Source of the DNA: Somniosus microcephalus
Taxonomy: Eukaryota
Assembly (NCBI GenBank): GCA_052327205.1
Contig: CM126210.1
Span: forward strand, 38,316,001-38,380,000
Direction of reading: 5' to 3'
Length of the DNA: 64,000 nt
Shown piece after piece: positions 50,427 to 62,210 of this stretch (position 1 is the first letter of the stretch; every line of letters begins with the position of its first letter). The notes beneath the pieces were generated by a model. The model did no database searches and was not told the DNA's origin. It worked only from the letters and a program-made list of their open reading frames with translations. The position numbers and the translations under genes were made by a program.

Positions 50427-50576
50427 CAACGTTCCCTCTTTTTGTTTGTGTGCGCGGCCCCATTAGGGGGCTGCACGGCCCAATCACAGTTTCATGCATG
50501 AGTGAAACTTTACATTGAAAATGCAAGTCCTGGGCTGCGCGGTACAGGCAGAGAGCTGGCCAGATAGGGAACATTG
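50427..50576. mobile_element. hAT-type MITE, copy 4
   Basis: CAACGTTCCCT...AGGGAACATTG; flanks ctgggaaa / ctgggcag (6/8). Confidence 0.75.
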
Positions 50577-50624
50577 CTGGGCAGTGCATTTATCCAGGAA
50601 CAGCTACCACGGGAGCTCCTCTTT

Positions 50625-51732
50625 TCATAGAATCTTTCAGCACAGAACGAGGCCCATTCTGCTAGCATTTTGAAAGAGCGATCCAATTAGCCCCACTTCC
50701 CTGCTCTTTCCCCATTGCTCTGCAGAATCTTCCACTTCAAGTATTTATCCAACTCACTTTTGAAAGTTACTACTGAATGTGCTTCCACCACCCTTTCAGG
50801 CAGTGCATTCCAGATCACAGCACCTTGCTGCGTAAAGAAAATTCCCTCAACTGCCCCCTGGTTCTTTTGCCAATTATCTTAAATCTGTGTCCTCTGGTTA
50901 CCGAACCCCCTGCCAGTGAATACTGGCCCTACTGATCGGCGGATTCTCTAATATCCCTGGCGCCTCGGAGTTAGAATAGAAATCTATTCCGGTGGAATTG
51001 TGGCGGGATCGGAATGCGTAGAAGGCAGTTGCATCAGGTGTTCCTGAAAGGCTTTTAGCTTAAGGATGTACCTCTGGTAGAAGTGGTCGTTCATGCTATA
51101 TATCAGTATGCCTCCCAATGTGGGAGTCCAGACGGTTATTCCATTCCTGTGCAACCGTTTGAGTAGCTGTAGCAGGGTCCGATCTATAAATAGTGTAGAA
51201 GGAGGGAGGTGGTCCCTCAGGATCCATTGCCCAATAGCATCCCAGCGGTAGCATTGATGGGCTTGCCGTCTGATCCGTAGTCTGTGTTGATTGATCTCTT
51301 TTAGGATGTTTAAGTGGAGTAAAATGTGCACGGTAGTTGTTACATCTGCACACAGTTCGATGTCGGTTGTAGGTATCAATGATAAATCTAAGAACTCTTC
51401 TTTTGGTAGGGGTTCCAGAGGTGCCGAGGCGATTCTATGTACTAATCCGAGACTGTCCATGCTTAATCGGTGTGAGGGAGAAGCTCTGTCCAGGGTGGTT
51501 GTTCATGGTGTAAACTTTACCATTCGGTGGGTATGCTAGTTATATACTCGAAAGGCTTTGCGTCATCGTCTACCTCCTGTATAATTGGTGTGTTGTGAGG
51601 TCCTGCCCACGGTGTTGGTTCACTTGTCAAAAACTCCTCCTAATTTTGAACACCTCTGTTAAATCTCCCTTTAACCTTTTTTGCTCTAAGGAGAACAATC
51701 CCAGCTTCTCATCTCTGCACATAGCTGAAGTA
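50625..51732 (-). mobile_element. CR1 LINE 3' fragment split by a 706-bp foreign insert
   Basis: 50625-50920 and 51627-51732 are colinear with the uninterrupted copy at 61260-61740. Confidence 0.9.
50984..51460 (-). CDS. Orphan 158-aa ORF in the foreign insert; possible endogenous viral accessory gene, expression unknown
   Basis: Intact ATG-TAG, complex non-repetitive peptide, intronless, no resemblance to DST or to LINE ORFs. Confidence 0.45.
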   Translation of the reverse strand: MDSLGLVHRIASAPLEPLPKEEFLDLSLIPTTDIELCADVTTTVHILLHLNILKEINQHRLRIRRQAHQCYRWDAIGQWILRDHLPPSTLFIDRTLLQLLKRLHRNGITVWTPTLGGILIYSMNDHFYQRYILKLKAFQEHLMQLPSTHSDPATIPPE

Positions 51733-52341
51733 ATTTTGGCAATTATCTAATATGAACGATAGCTACAAGATTTTATTAAATGAACCAATTACTTAACATT
51801 AATATTTAAAACACAACACCATCATTTGTTGGCCTTACTGGTGGGTAGCTGTTTTTAAACTCAGCTGAAGATTTTCTTTTTAAAATGTAAGGATAACAGC
51901 TGTGTCTGTTCTGAATATTAGAACTGCTATGTCTCACATACCTGTCAGACTTCACTTGTCCCAGAAAAGTATATTTCTCTCACTCACAAAACAATAACTT
52001 CCACTTATAAAGCACCTTTAATGAAGGAAAGCATCCCAAGGAGCTTCACAGGAGCGATATCAGACAAAATTCAACAAGGAGCCACATAAGGAGATATTAA
52101 GACAAGAAGAGGTAGTTGCAATGGAGCAGAGAGTTAGAGAGGTTTAGGGAGGGAACTCCAGACCAACAAGACTTAAGACAAACACAATTCCAACTTGTAC
52201 ATTGCTGTACACCACTGAAAGGGTTAACAGAAGTGTTTGGACGTAGGGCTCGTGTATATTTGCCATTGAACAGCACCAGCTGAAGAAAATTTAGCCAAGA
52301 ATGGTACCGTACGCAGCGGGTCGATGTACCCATTCCCTTAC

Positions 52342-52560
52342 CCGAAGGTCTTCCTGCTGTTGCTTTAACATCTCAAATTCGATGGCTGGGGTGGGTAACT
52401 GCGTAATCAGTGCCCGGGTCTCTTCAAGCCACGGCCAGAGCTCCTCGTAGGTCTCACAAAACTGACTGACCAGAGACTGAGCCCGTTCCAGCTGCAGGTA
52501 TCTCTCCGCATTCATCTGGCTGATCACCTCGTACTGTTTCTGAAGCATGTCCAGCTTGTT
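52342..52560 (-). CDS. DST: DST exon, 219 nt: [73 protein letters not shown]
   Basis: ttgtag|AAC...CGG|gtaagg. Confidence 0.95.
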
Positions 52561-52754
52561 CTACAAATAAAAATCAAAGCATTTCTGTTAACTGGAATCA
52601 CAAACAGTCACCTTAAATAAATTAAAATTGTATCGGTTTCTCTTCCACCTTTCATTGCTCAAATAAGGATTTTTACTCATTATAGACTAAAGGGACTCAC
52701 ACATGCTCAAACCCAAGGTAGATTAATACTTAATTGCATCCTTCGTTCTTGTAC

Positions 52755-52862
52755 CTTCAGAGATGCTTTCTCCTCTTCAGTGCAGGAATTCATAATTTGA
52801 TCCCCATTTGCAACGAGCTCATCAATTGTATCTTTGTGTCGCAAAATATCCATTGAAAATGC
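52755..52862 (-). CDS. DST: DST exon, 108 nt: [36 protein letters not shown]
   Basis: tttaag|GCA...AAG|gtacaa. Confidence 0.93.
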
Positions 52863-53876
52863 CTTAAAACACAAGGAATAATACATCAGCACTGATGAAT
52901 AAATTACCCTTTTTTTGATTACAAACACACAGTACTGCTAGAAGCACCATTTTAGCAGCTTTGCACAGAATGGAATGTTAGTGTGAAAGTGGTATTAAGT
53001 ACACTGCTAGCCCCAGTCACGACTTCAGCTTTCCGAGTCCCGGCCAATGTAAAGTGCAGCCTGCTTTGAGTTTTAAGTGAAAGGTTGAGGTTGCAATAAG
53101 TTAGGAACATCGGAATTACTAGACAAATAAAGATCACGGGTCCATCTAGTTCGTCTTCTAACATCCTGGTAGTCACATGATACAATGATAATGGAGTTAT
53201 TGACTAATCATGGCAATCTATCTCTAACAATTAGTCTACAACAGACCCAGACATGAGGCGAGGAAAACCCCAGTGGTGGAGAGCTTTGGGAACCATAGAT
53301 CCAAAGACACCGGTTCCTCCCAAGCATGCTTATCACATGTCATGTCCCAAATTACTCTCACGCTGTATCCCAAAATATGTGATTGTCTGAAAGAAATCTA
53401 CTTAATCTGCATTTGAATTGATCAATGCTAACTGCCCCCACCGTCTACCTAGGGAGCCTATTACATATATAGACCACTCGCTCACTAAAATATTGTTTCT
53501 GCAGATTAGTTTTTGAATGTATTCCCCTTCAAGCGCAGGCTGTGTCCTCTGGTTCTGTGAATAATATATAAAATTCACGTATAAAGTTTTGACCGAATCA
53601 AACACCATCAATAGTGGGTTGTTTGCAGCGGCAGATATTGGGCAAGTGAAATATTCCTTTCCTATTGGTTCACTCGTTCCTTAAAGAAACCTTCTCATGG
53701 GCCATTCAGTGCGACTTGACCAGGTGAAGATTAAAAGTGCAGAAGTCAAATCCAGTGTACGATGGATGGGTTAACAATCCACTGGGCAAAACAAGAAAAA
53801 TGTCAACAAGTGTTAAGCCACAAGCGTAAACACTCAAAACACGATGCTGCAAGGTGTAGCAGATCACTGGGCTGAC

Positions 53877-54376
53877 CAGCACCCCTACACAGGTGGCACT
53901 GGGCAATGAGCAACGGGACCTCCAGCATCAGTACACAGGTGGCACTGGGCAATCGGCAACAAGACATCCAGCATCAGTACACAGGTGGCACTGGGCAATT
54001 GGCAATGGGACCTCCAGCATCAGTACAGAGGTGGCACTGGGCAATTGGCAACGAGACATCCAGCATCAGTACACAGGTGGCACTGAGCAATTGGCAACGA
54101 GACCGCCAGCACCCGTACACAGGTGGCACTGGGCAATTGGCAATGAGACATCCAGCATCAGTACACAGGTGGCACTGAGCAATTGGCAACGAGACATCCA
54201 GCACCCGTACACAGGTGGCACTGGGCAACAGGTAACGAGACATCCAGCATCAGTACACAGGTGGCACTGGGCAACAGGTAACGAGACATCCAGCATCAGT
54301 ACACAGGTGGCACTGGGCAACAGGTAACGAGACATCCAGCATCAGTACACAGGTGGCACTGGGCAATTGGCAACTA
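53877..54376. repeat. 46-bp minisatellite, about 11 copies
   Basis: Unit TACACAGGTGGCACTGGGCAATTGGCAACGAGACATCCAGCATCAG at 46-bp spacing from 53886. Confidence 0.97.
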
Positions 54377-54609
54377 GACCTTGTTCACGCGCAATATTCG
54401 CTTGAAGCAAGACAACCCAGAACTATCAAATATCAAAACGCTTTCAAACCTACAAACAAACGACTGAACAGTGTTCAGTCAAAAAACAACATACTCTAGA
54501 AGGATTGCACAGCTTTTTTTAATATAAATGCTCATAATGGACCCGAGATTATACTATAATACACGGATATTTGTGCAAGGGTCATTGGCTGTCTAATATG
54601 CTGCAGTAC

Positions 54610-54729
54610 CTTTTGAACTTGCAACTCAGCAGAGGTCTGGTCTTGCTCAAGCCTTATGTCACCAAGTGATTTGAGCTTCTTCTCGGTTTCCGCGATCCAG
54701 GCAATCTCTGCATCCGCCGCTTGTTCAAA
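54610..54729 (-). CDS. DST: DST exon, 120 nt: [40 protein letters not shown]
   Basis: tgtcag|TTT...AAG|gtactg; translated by hand. Confidence 0.95.
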
Positions 54730-57700
54730 CTGACAAGGAGGAAGACAGACATAAATTCAGACAGACGGTCACAGAGTGGAATCACTTCTGAAAATCCCAG
54801 CAGTCACCTCAAAGTCAATCAGCAGTTTTTGCTTTATTTTTACACCGACTAGGCTCCCTAAACAGTGAGTGTTTCCAGGTCATTAGTTCACTTGGAGGGG
54901 GGTGGAGGTTCGGGGGGGGGGGGGCGGGGCGGACATTGCTACACCCAAACAACAATGGGTTGCAGGACGGCGCCAGAAGCAGGAACCCTTTCTGATTGCC
55001 CCCTTCATTTAATTTTGACCAGATTTAACACCCCTACTACTGCTGTACCCATGATCACCATATACTGGCAAAGCTGGAGCCTTCTCATTTGTGTCTTTAT
55101 AGATAAAACTTGGTCCGTGGGATCTCCTGGACAGATTTTCAACTACCCGAGGGGGTTGGAGAGGAATTTTTCAGAATACCTTTTCCCTCATTAGCCCTGA
55201 GTTTTTCCACCTCTCGCAGGAGATTACATGACTGAGGAGGGGGGAGGGAAGAAGTCTTTAGTCATGATGGTCCAGCCAACATGGTGTGTGGGGCAGGCTT
55301 GATGGGCCAGCCGGTCTTTTCCTGCCCATCAGTTTCCTATGCTCACACTAACTCTTGGACACTCACTGCTTGAACCAGACAAACAGAACAAATTCACACA
55401 TTGGAAAACTTTACACCCACTAAACGACATCTTTCACTTTTAACATTCATGGTTTCCCCAACCCCCCAGCCCCACCTCCCACACAAAGGCTGTGAAAGTT
55501 ATTTTCGGGAACCTCGGATGCCCATTATCAGGTAGGATCCAAAACCTAAAGGCACTTCCTTAATCTGTAGTGATCACTGAATAAACAATTGAGAGTTTCT
55601 AGTGAAAAAAAGTTATTGGGCAACTCATGAAGTGTAAAAAAAAAATGGACTTTGTACTGGGGTGGGGGGAATACCGTTAGAAACCAAAACCACGTTCGAG
55701 GAACACGGACTCTGCGTCCCATATGACTACATCATTCTTCAGCATTTTGGAGCTCAAAGTGTGGATTGTAGATGGCTGAATCCACCGAGTTTAGAGTGTT
55801 CTTTCAGTAATTAACAGATACTAAATGGAAGGTCAGAGAACACCGGACACAAGGTAGGTTCACCTGAAAGTGGTCATTCTGGTCATGTGATCTCTTCCTT
55901 CCAGAACACCAACCATACGAACGTCCCATCAGAGTGTCTGGCTCTTTCTTCAATGAGTCCGGTACTCTGGAGAACCCATTCCATTTACTGGCACCCTCTA
56001 TATACAGAAACAATTCCTGGCACTTGTCCGGGGGTAGCTTTCACAGCACTGAGCCTGTGCCCGTTTCCCCAAATGCCTTGGTGTATCTGTACGCCACTAA
56101 ATACCCTACATAGCTCCAAAGTCCCCTCGAAGGCACCCCCTTTAGAGGTTTAGGAATCCTAGTTAGTCGTTCCTTATGACATAATCTCTAACAATGGGAG
56201 TCGGTCCTAGTGCTACTTTGCACCAGCTCTAGCATCTGGGATACCCCTTTCTATTGTACTGTGTGTAGAACTGCGCGTGGAGCCCAGCCGGTGCGCCCTG
56301 CGTGTGGAGTCCAGCCGGAGCACTGTACAGCCTCAGGGTGACTTCTGGGAACATGAACTTGACTAATCTGGCAGCACACTAGAATATAATTCGGTCAGCC
56401 TTCCCAGGAGTGATCCTTTAACCTTCAGTAATTTTGCTTGTATTTCAGCTTTCAACATTGCTCTCAGAAGCTTAGTATTACTGCAGTAAATAATGTGGCA
56501 ACATCATCATAAAAGGGGGGGTGATGCTGGTGTCCAGCAACCCCAAGGCACTGATACGTCTGGCGAATAATAACTGTCCTATCCAAACACAATTAGCTCA
56601 TCACCGATCTGCTGTCTATCTAAAACGGCAGCCAATGTTTAATGTAAATAAATGTGTCACTGTTCACCTCCGACCTCAACTAATGCTCCAGTAATTCAAC
56701 ATTTTAGAAAGAAGATAGACTTGCATTTATATTGCGCCTTTCACAACCTCCAGATGTCTCAAAGCGCTTTACAGCCAAAAAAATAACAATGGTTATATAA
56801 AAAGTGCAAAAAATATGATTAGACTCATCAATCGCCCTACATTACATCAGTGACTACACATTTCAAAAGGACTTCATTGGATGTAAAGCGCTTTGGGGCA
56901 TCCTGAGGTTGTGAAAGGTGCTATATAAAATGGAAGTTCTTTCTTTGGCTATACACAATATTATTTGCAATTCTGGGTTCTGTGCTTTTATGAATTCTCT
57001 TGGTGCTCTACGGTTTACACATCTGGCCAAACCCATGTTCATAGAGTGGTTGATCTACTGGTAATTCATAGAGTATTTACATTTCCTAGCGTCAGACCAC
57101 TGTTAGATGGCTATAGTTGGAATTACTCGATTAACACTATAATAAATATATCCACTGAAAACAATTGTAAGCCCCACTCTTTTGGGCTGCCAGCTCCAAA
57201 CCAACCAATTTGCTGAATAATTTGTGTCAGTGCTCGCTTTGAATACAAATAATTTCTTTTTATGTATAACTTCAGTTTCTGATGTTGCAGTGTGCCAGCA
57301 ACGGTAGATTTTGTTTGAAACATAGGCCCATTGTGTTACTATGGTGGTTTGCGATATTTGGGGTTACAAAGGGTGATTCCAAAATCTGGTGTTTTCAGCA
57401 CTCCGCTGTATGCCTGCAATTTACCCCCAAAGATCTTTCCCCGAAGCACCACTCCCTGTGCTGGAAGCTCAGGTCCGCAGAATCACCCCTACAAGTATCG
57501 ATGCAAGAGCACGTGACTGAAAGGGTTAACTGGACACCTGACTGAAATAGGGCAGTCATATAACCTGCACACAGCGAGTCGCAAGAACAGAGATCCAATA
57601 TCCAATGAAGCAAAAGCTTCACAAATCAAGTGGCTGCGACCTGGAACCCACCACCAGATATAGCGCGAGAGGGGCTCCAGGTGTAACTTATTAGAACTCA

Positions 57701-58454
57701 GGCACTCTATAATTCACGCTGCATTGAACAGTAGCACCGCACTGAGCACAGGTAATGAGCTACATATGACTGGGGCATCGATACAGACAAGAACTGGTGC
57801 TTGAAGGACTCAATGGGTTCCCTCATAAACTTCAAAAGCCTCTGTACTGATGGGATTTCAGAGTGCATGAACAGGCAGGGTTTACAATATGTTTTCCTCC
57901 CGAGTCAAGACGTTGAGAATTAGGCAAGTGAAGAAGATAAATGATATCTAGGAGTCTTTCAAGCCCCAAATTCCACCTCCCCCCACCTCCACCCAAAGGA
58001 TTCTTGACAAGCCATTTCAATAACTTTAAAAGTTAACTTGCGATGCTCTGAATACAAATCCTCATGTTTTCAGGCAAAAATTAAAATTGGGGTAAATGAA
58101 CATCAAAAAAAATCAAACATTTCAACATAAATTTTCAAATTTAACAGATCCCAGAATTAATACCCAGTAAGATTCAATTGACTTAATGCCTAAGAATAAA
58201 GCCCAAGTTTATTCTGTGGGACTGAGTCAAGCAAGGTTTGCTTACCTTTAGAGTGGTCAGTCAACCATGCCTGCATGTGGCTAGGATTGGAATGCGCGAT
58301 CTTATTCACGCCAAGGTTGACTGAGTTCTCGAAACCCAACCATAAATGACTAGACAGATGTAAATAAAAGGAATGGGGAACAGATTTCTTTCCAGTTAAG
58401 ATTTTATTTATAACTGGAAGATCTCCAAGGCATTGCTCAGGGATAATGAATGAA

Positions 58455-58760
58455 TCCTAGAAACTTACAGCACAGAAAGAGGCCATTCGGCCCATCATGC
58501 CTGTGCCGGCTCTTTGAAAGGTCAGTCATGCTGAGTCCCACATCCCCGCTTTTTGTCCGTAACCCTGTCAGTTCCTGATCCTCAAGTACCTGTTCAACTC
58601 CCTTTTAAAATGATTTATGGAATCAGCTTCCACCACCTTTACAGGTAGAGCGTTCCAGATGTAGACAACTCTTGGAGTGAAAAGATTTCTCCTCATCTCC
58701 CCTCTAGATCTTTTGCCAATGATTTTAAATCTGTGACCTCTGGTTATTGACACACTCACT
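58455..58760 (-). mobile_element. CR1 LINE 3' fragment
   Basis: TRGHRFKIIGKRSRGEMRRNLFTPRVVYIWNALP. Confidence 0.88.
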
Positions 58761-60249
58761 GGTCCATAGTGGTTTCTCTATTTCACCATGATCCAATCAG
58801 CAAATTCATGTGCTATGGACACTTTTCCATGCCCGAGACATGCATCAGGTGCAAATCCTTTACTTAGATGGAAGAAATTAAGTCCAAATGGGTGCACCAT
58901 CTTTAAAATCAGTGCTCATCACATCATTTCCCCTCTACCTCCTCATTTGTGAATGAGCAAACATACTTCAAGGTGAATTGCTTTATCATGCATCGTACTA
59001 ACAGATGGGGAGAGGGTCAATCTGATGAACACGAGAAGAGCTCGCAACAGTAAAAGTTTGCCAAACACTACTTCAAGACAGGGCCCTCTTAAAATTTGAA
59101 CAGCCTTCCCCACCCACCTCCTCACTTTACATACCTCGGGAAAACAGCTGCACATAGCTTCAACTTAAAGTTGCACTTTGCAAATGGAATCTCCCCAACA
59201 CCCACATTACCAAAGATTTATGCAGGTACCAACAAATGAGAAAGGAGTATTACAGCAAATAAAGTTCAGGAGATATTTGTTGGCTTTGTTAACCATTGAA
59301 GAATACAAGCAACATTTACAAATACCTCGAGCCTGACCCATGGTTTTAGTTAACTTGCAGTAATCTTTGTTCCTTTGTGAATTTTGCTTTGATGCGAAAA
59401 TAAAGTCATATATTGGCATGACAGGAAATGAATATCCCATTAAAAAAAGCATAAAACACATGAAAAGTTTTGCATTTCAAACAAAACAACAGATGGAACT
59501 TCCCCATTGACCGTCAACAGAGGCGGCAAGGAGAATTCCAGTCTTGGTGCGATATCGACAATAATTCTTACCTCAAAGCAAAGTACTTCAAAGCAACAGC
59601 TCACATTACAAGAAAGTTGGCATTTTGACAACAGTATAGATATCACCGTAAAGCAGGATTTTTGGAAATAGCAAGTTGATATGAAGACTGGAAACGGTGG
59701 TTGACTTTCTGTACAAGTGCGCTGTTTATGAAGCGCATGCAACCAATAGTGTGTGAAAATGTGAAATCTCAGTTGGAGGGCTTGGAATATAAATGGGATG
59801 GGTCGTGTCCAAATATGGAACTTATAATAAACAAGATTTATGTTTTGCTCACTTCAGCCTTTGTATAAACATGAACAAAGGTGTTTTTTAAAAACTGTAG
59901 TCTAATTTCATGTCGTTTTCTGTATCTTGCCCCTTTCTTCACACCTCAAAGTTAAAAGGGAAGTGAGTATTCTACTGAAAAGATTAAGAACTGCCCGTTT
60001 TACCCATGTTTATGATTTTAAAGTTCAAGTTAAATGTTGAATAGTGGAGATTTGAGGATGGATGAATACTCTTCATTTTGCATGATAACCTTTGGGGACC
60101 AAGGAGTATTTATGCAGAACTTATTGCCACAGATAAATGGGGTTCGCTAAAGTCGACATGATCAATGGAAGGATGGAGTTTGATGGGCCAAATATCTTTT
60201 TCAGATTTCATGCTTTATGTTCGAGCCTAGGAACAGACATTTTAGAGGA

Positions 60250-60670
60250 ACATTAGGAACAGGAGGAGGCCATTCAGCCCTTTGCGCCTGCTCTGCCATT
60301 CAATAGCTGATTTGTAGCTCAATTCCATTTACCTGCCTTTACTCCATATCCCTTAATACTCTTACCTGACAAAAATCCATTGATCGAAGTCTTGAAAGCT
60401 CCAATTGTCCAACAGCTTCCACAGCCTTTTGGGGGAGAGAATTCTAGATTTCCAAAACCCTTTGTGTGAAAAAGTGCTTCCTGACATCACCCCTGAATGG
60501 CCCAGCTCTAATTTTAAGATTAAGTCCCCTTTTTCTCGATTTCCTCACCAGAGGAAATAGTTTTTCTGTATCTACCCTATCAATTCCTTTAACATTTTAG
60601 GTCCGGTCACCCCTCAATCTCCTACACTCAAAAGGAATGCAAACCTAGTCTATATAACCTGCTCTCATGA
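60250..60670 (-). mobile_element. CR1 LINE 3' fragment
   Basis: Reverse complement of the subfamily at 18600-19000 (gtgatgtcaggaagcactttttcacacaaaggg). Confidence 0.85.
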
Positions 60671-61259
60671 TGGCATTAATGGTTAGTGCGAGCCGCTGCA
60701 GAACAATCCCAAACACAAATAATGTCATGTGATCAGAACGTAATGTCTCATCCTGGGTCGTTCTACAAAAAATGTTGTGCAACCGGAAGGCACTAATAGT
60801 GGTGATTAAGGCACACCAAATCTAAAGGAAAATGGAGAAATGGATTACAGTAGATAGCTCGAGTTGAAGAGCGAGCACCAGCACAGGAACAATGGGCCAA
60901 ATGACCCCCTTTTTGCATTGATTCGACCGATACCTCATCATCCATTTAGGTGATGACGTTATCATTCGAGTGAAAGAAGTGAAGTAAATCAATGGAATCT
61001 GGTTCTATTCAATGCCATCATTGGAATACTCCCACATCCACTGCTGTGTTGACATTACTTAATACACAGATTATAGAAGTAAGCTGCTTATATTTTCACA
61101 TATCATAATATTGCTAGGAAATGCCTGAACTACAACACTGGGACGTAGAAATTCATCTTGGGAGTCATTGGAGCTGAACGCCTGACAGGGAATATAACTG
61201 GCGGTCAACGTGATTTAGCCCAAGAATTTCTACCCCCAAAGTGTCAACAGGACCTCTTA

Positions 61260-61740
61260 GAAGTATACAGCACGAAAGGAAGCTATTCGACCCAATGTGC
61301 CAGAGCCGGCTCTTTGCAAGAGCTCTCCAATTAGTCCCACTCCCCTGATCTTTCCCCATAACCCTGCAGAGTCTTCCCCTTCAAGTATTTATCCAATTCA
61401 CTTTTGAAAGATACTATTGAATCTGCTTCCACCACCCTTTCAGGCAGATCACAACAACTCGCTACACAATTCCGCTCATGTCGCCTCTGGTTCTTTTGCC
61501 AATTACTTGAAATCTGTGTCCTCTGGTTACTGACCCTCCTGTTACTGGAAACAGTTTCTCCTCATTTACTCTATCAAAACCCCTCATGATTTTGAACACC
61601 TCTATCAAATCTCCTCTTAACCTTCTCTGCTCCAAGGAGAAGAACCCCAACTTCTCTAATCTCTCCACATAACTGAAGTCCCTCATCCCTGGTACCATTC
61701 CAGTAAATCTGCACCCTCTCCGAGGCCTTGCCATCCTTCC
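61260..61740 (-). mobile_element. CR1 LINE 3' fragment
   Basis: FSYVERLEKLGFFSLEQRRLRGDLIEVFKIMRGFDRV. Confidence 0.9.
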
Positions 61741-62210
61741 CACAGGGAATTCCGTCTTACAGGGAATCCAAAGACAACACTATTTGTACCAGCACCTCAC
61801 ATTAGCGCTTAGTGACCCAATGCCAATTATCCTTTTTAACATTCCTCTTTTTTAAAAAAAAAACAAACACACACCAGCTTTGAAATGGTGGAAGCCAGTG
61901 TAGCTGCTTTCAGCGAGTTAAATGTCTCTTCTAAAGCATTTGCGATGAATTTCCTGCTCTGTAGGAACCCAAGTAGAACAATTGATGGATCAGACAGATG
62001 GCTTTAACAATGAACAACTTAGCTCTGCTTCAGCTTCCACATAACACTTGTAGCCACATCAAACAGTGTCCGAGATGCATATTTAAAAAGCTCCTTTTGT
62101 CACTGGAGAATAATGAGGCGGCAGAGCTTTGTGCGTAAATATTTATCAAACATCTCCATTTGTGAAATAAAGAGGACATGCACCTTCCCCAACAGAGGAG
62201 TGTTACACAC

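Noticed and set aside
52456-52458. Cys in QFCETY where mammals have Trp (also HSVSDTT near 13340)
   Set aside because: These are single substitutions judged from memory. The core repeat Trp is intact, so they are no evidence of pseudogenisation.
53877-54376. Regularly spaced repeats resembling a CRISPR array, and their ORFs
   Set aside because: The units are contiguous with no unique spacers, there are no cas genes, and the context is a vertebrate intron, so this is a minisatellite.
58246-58281. Candidate micro-exon with donor AAG|GTAAGC
   Set aside because: It has no good polypyrimidine tract, and the lengths tested would shift the frame.
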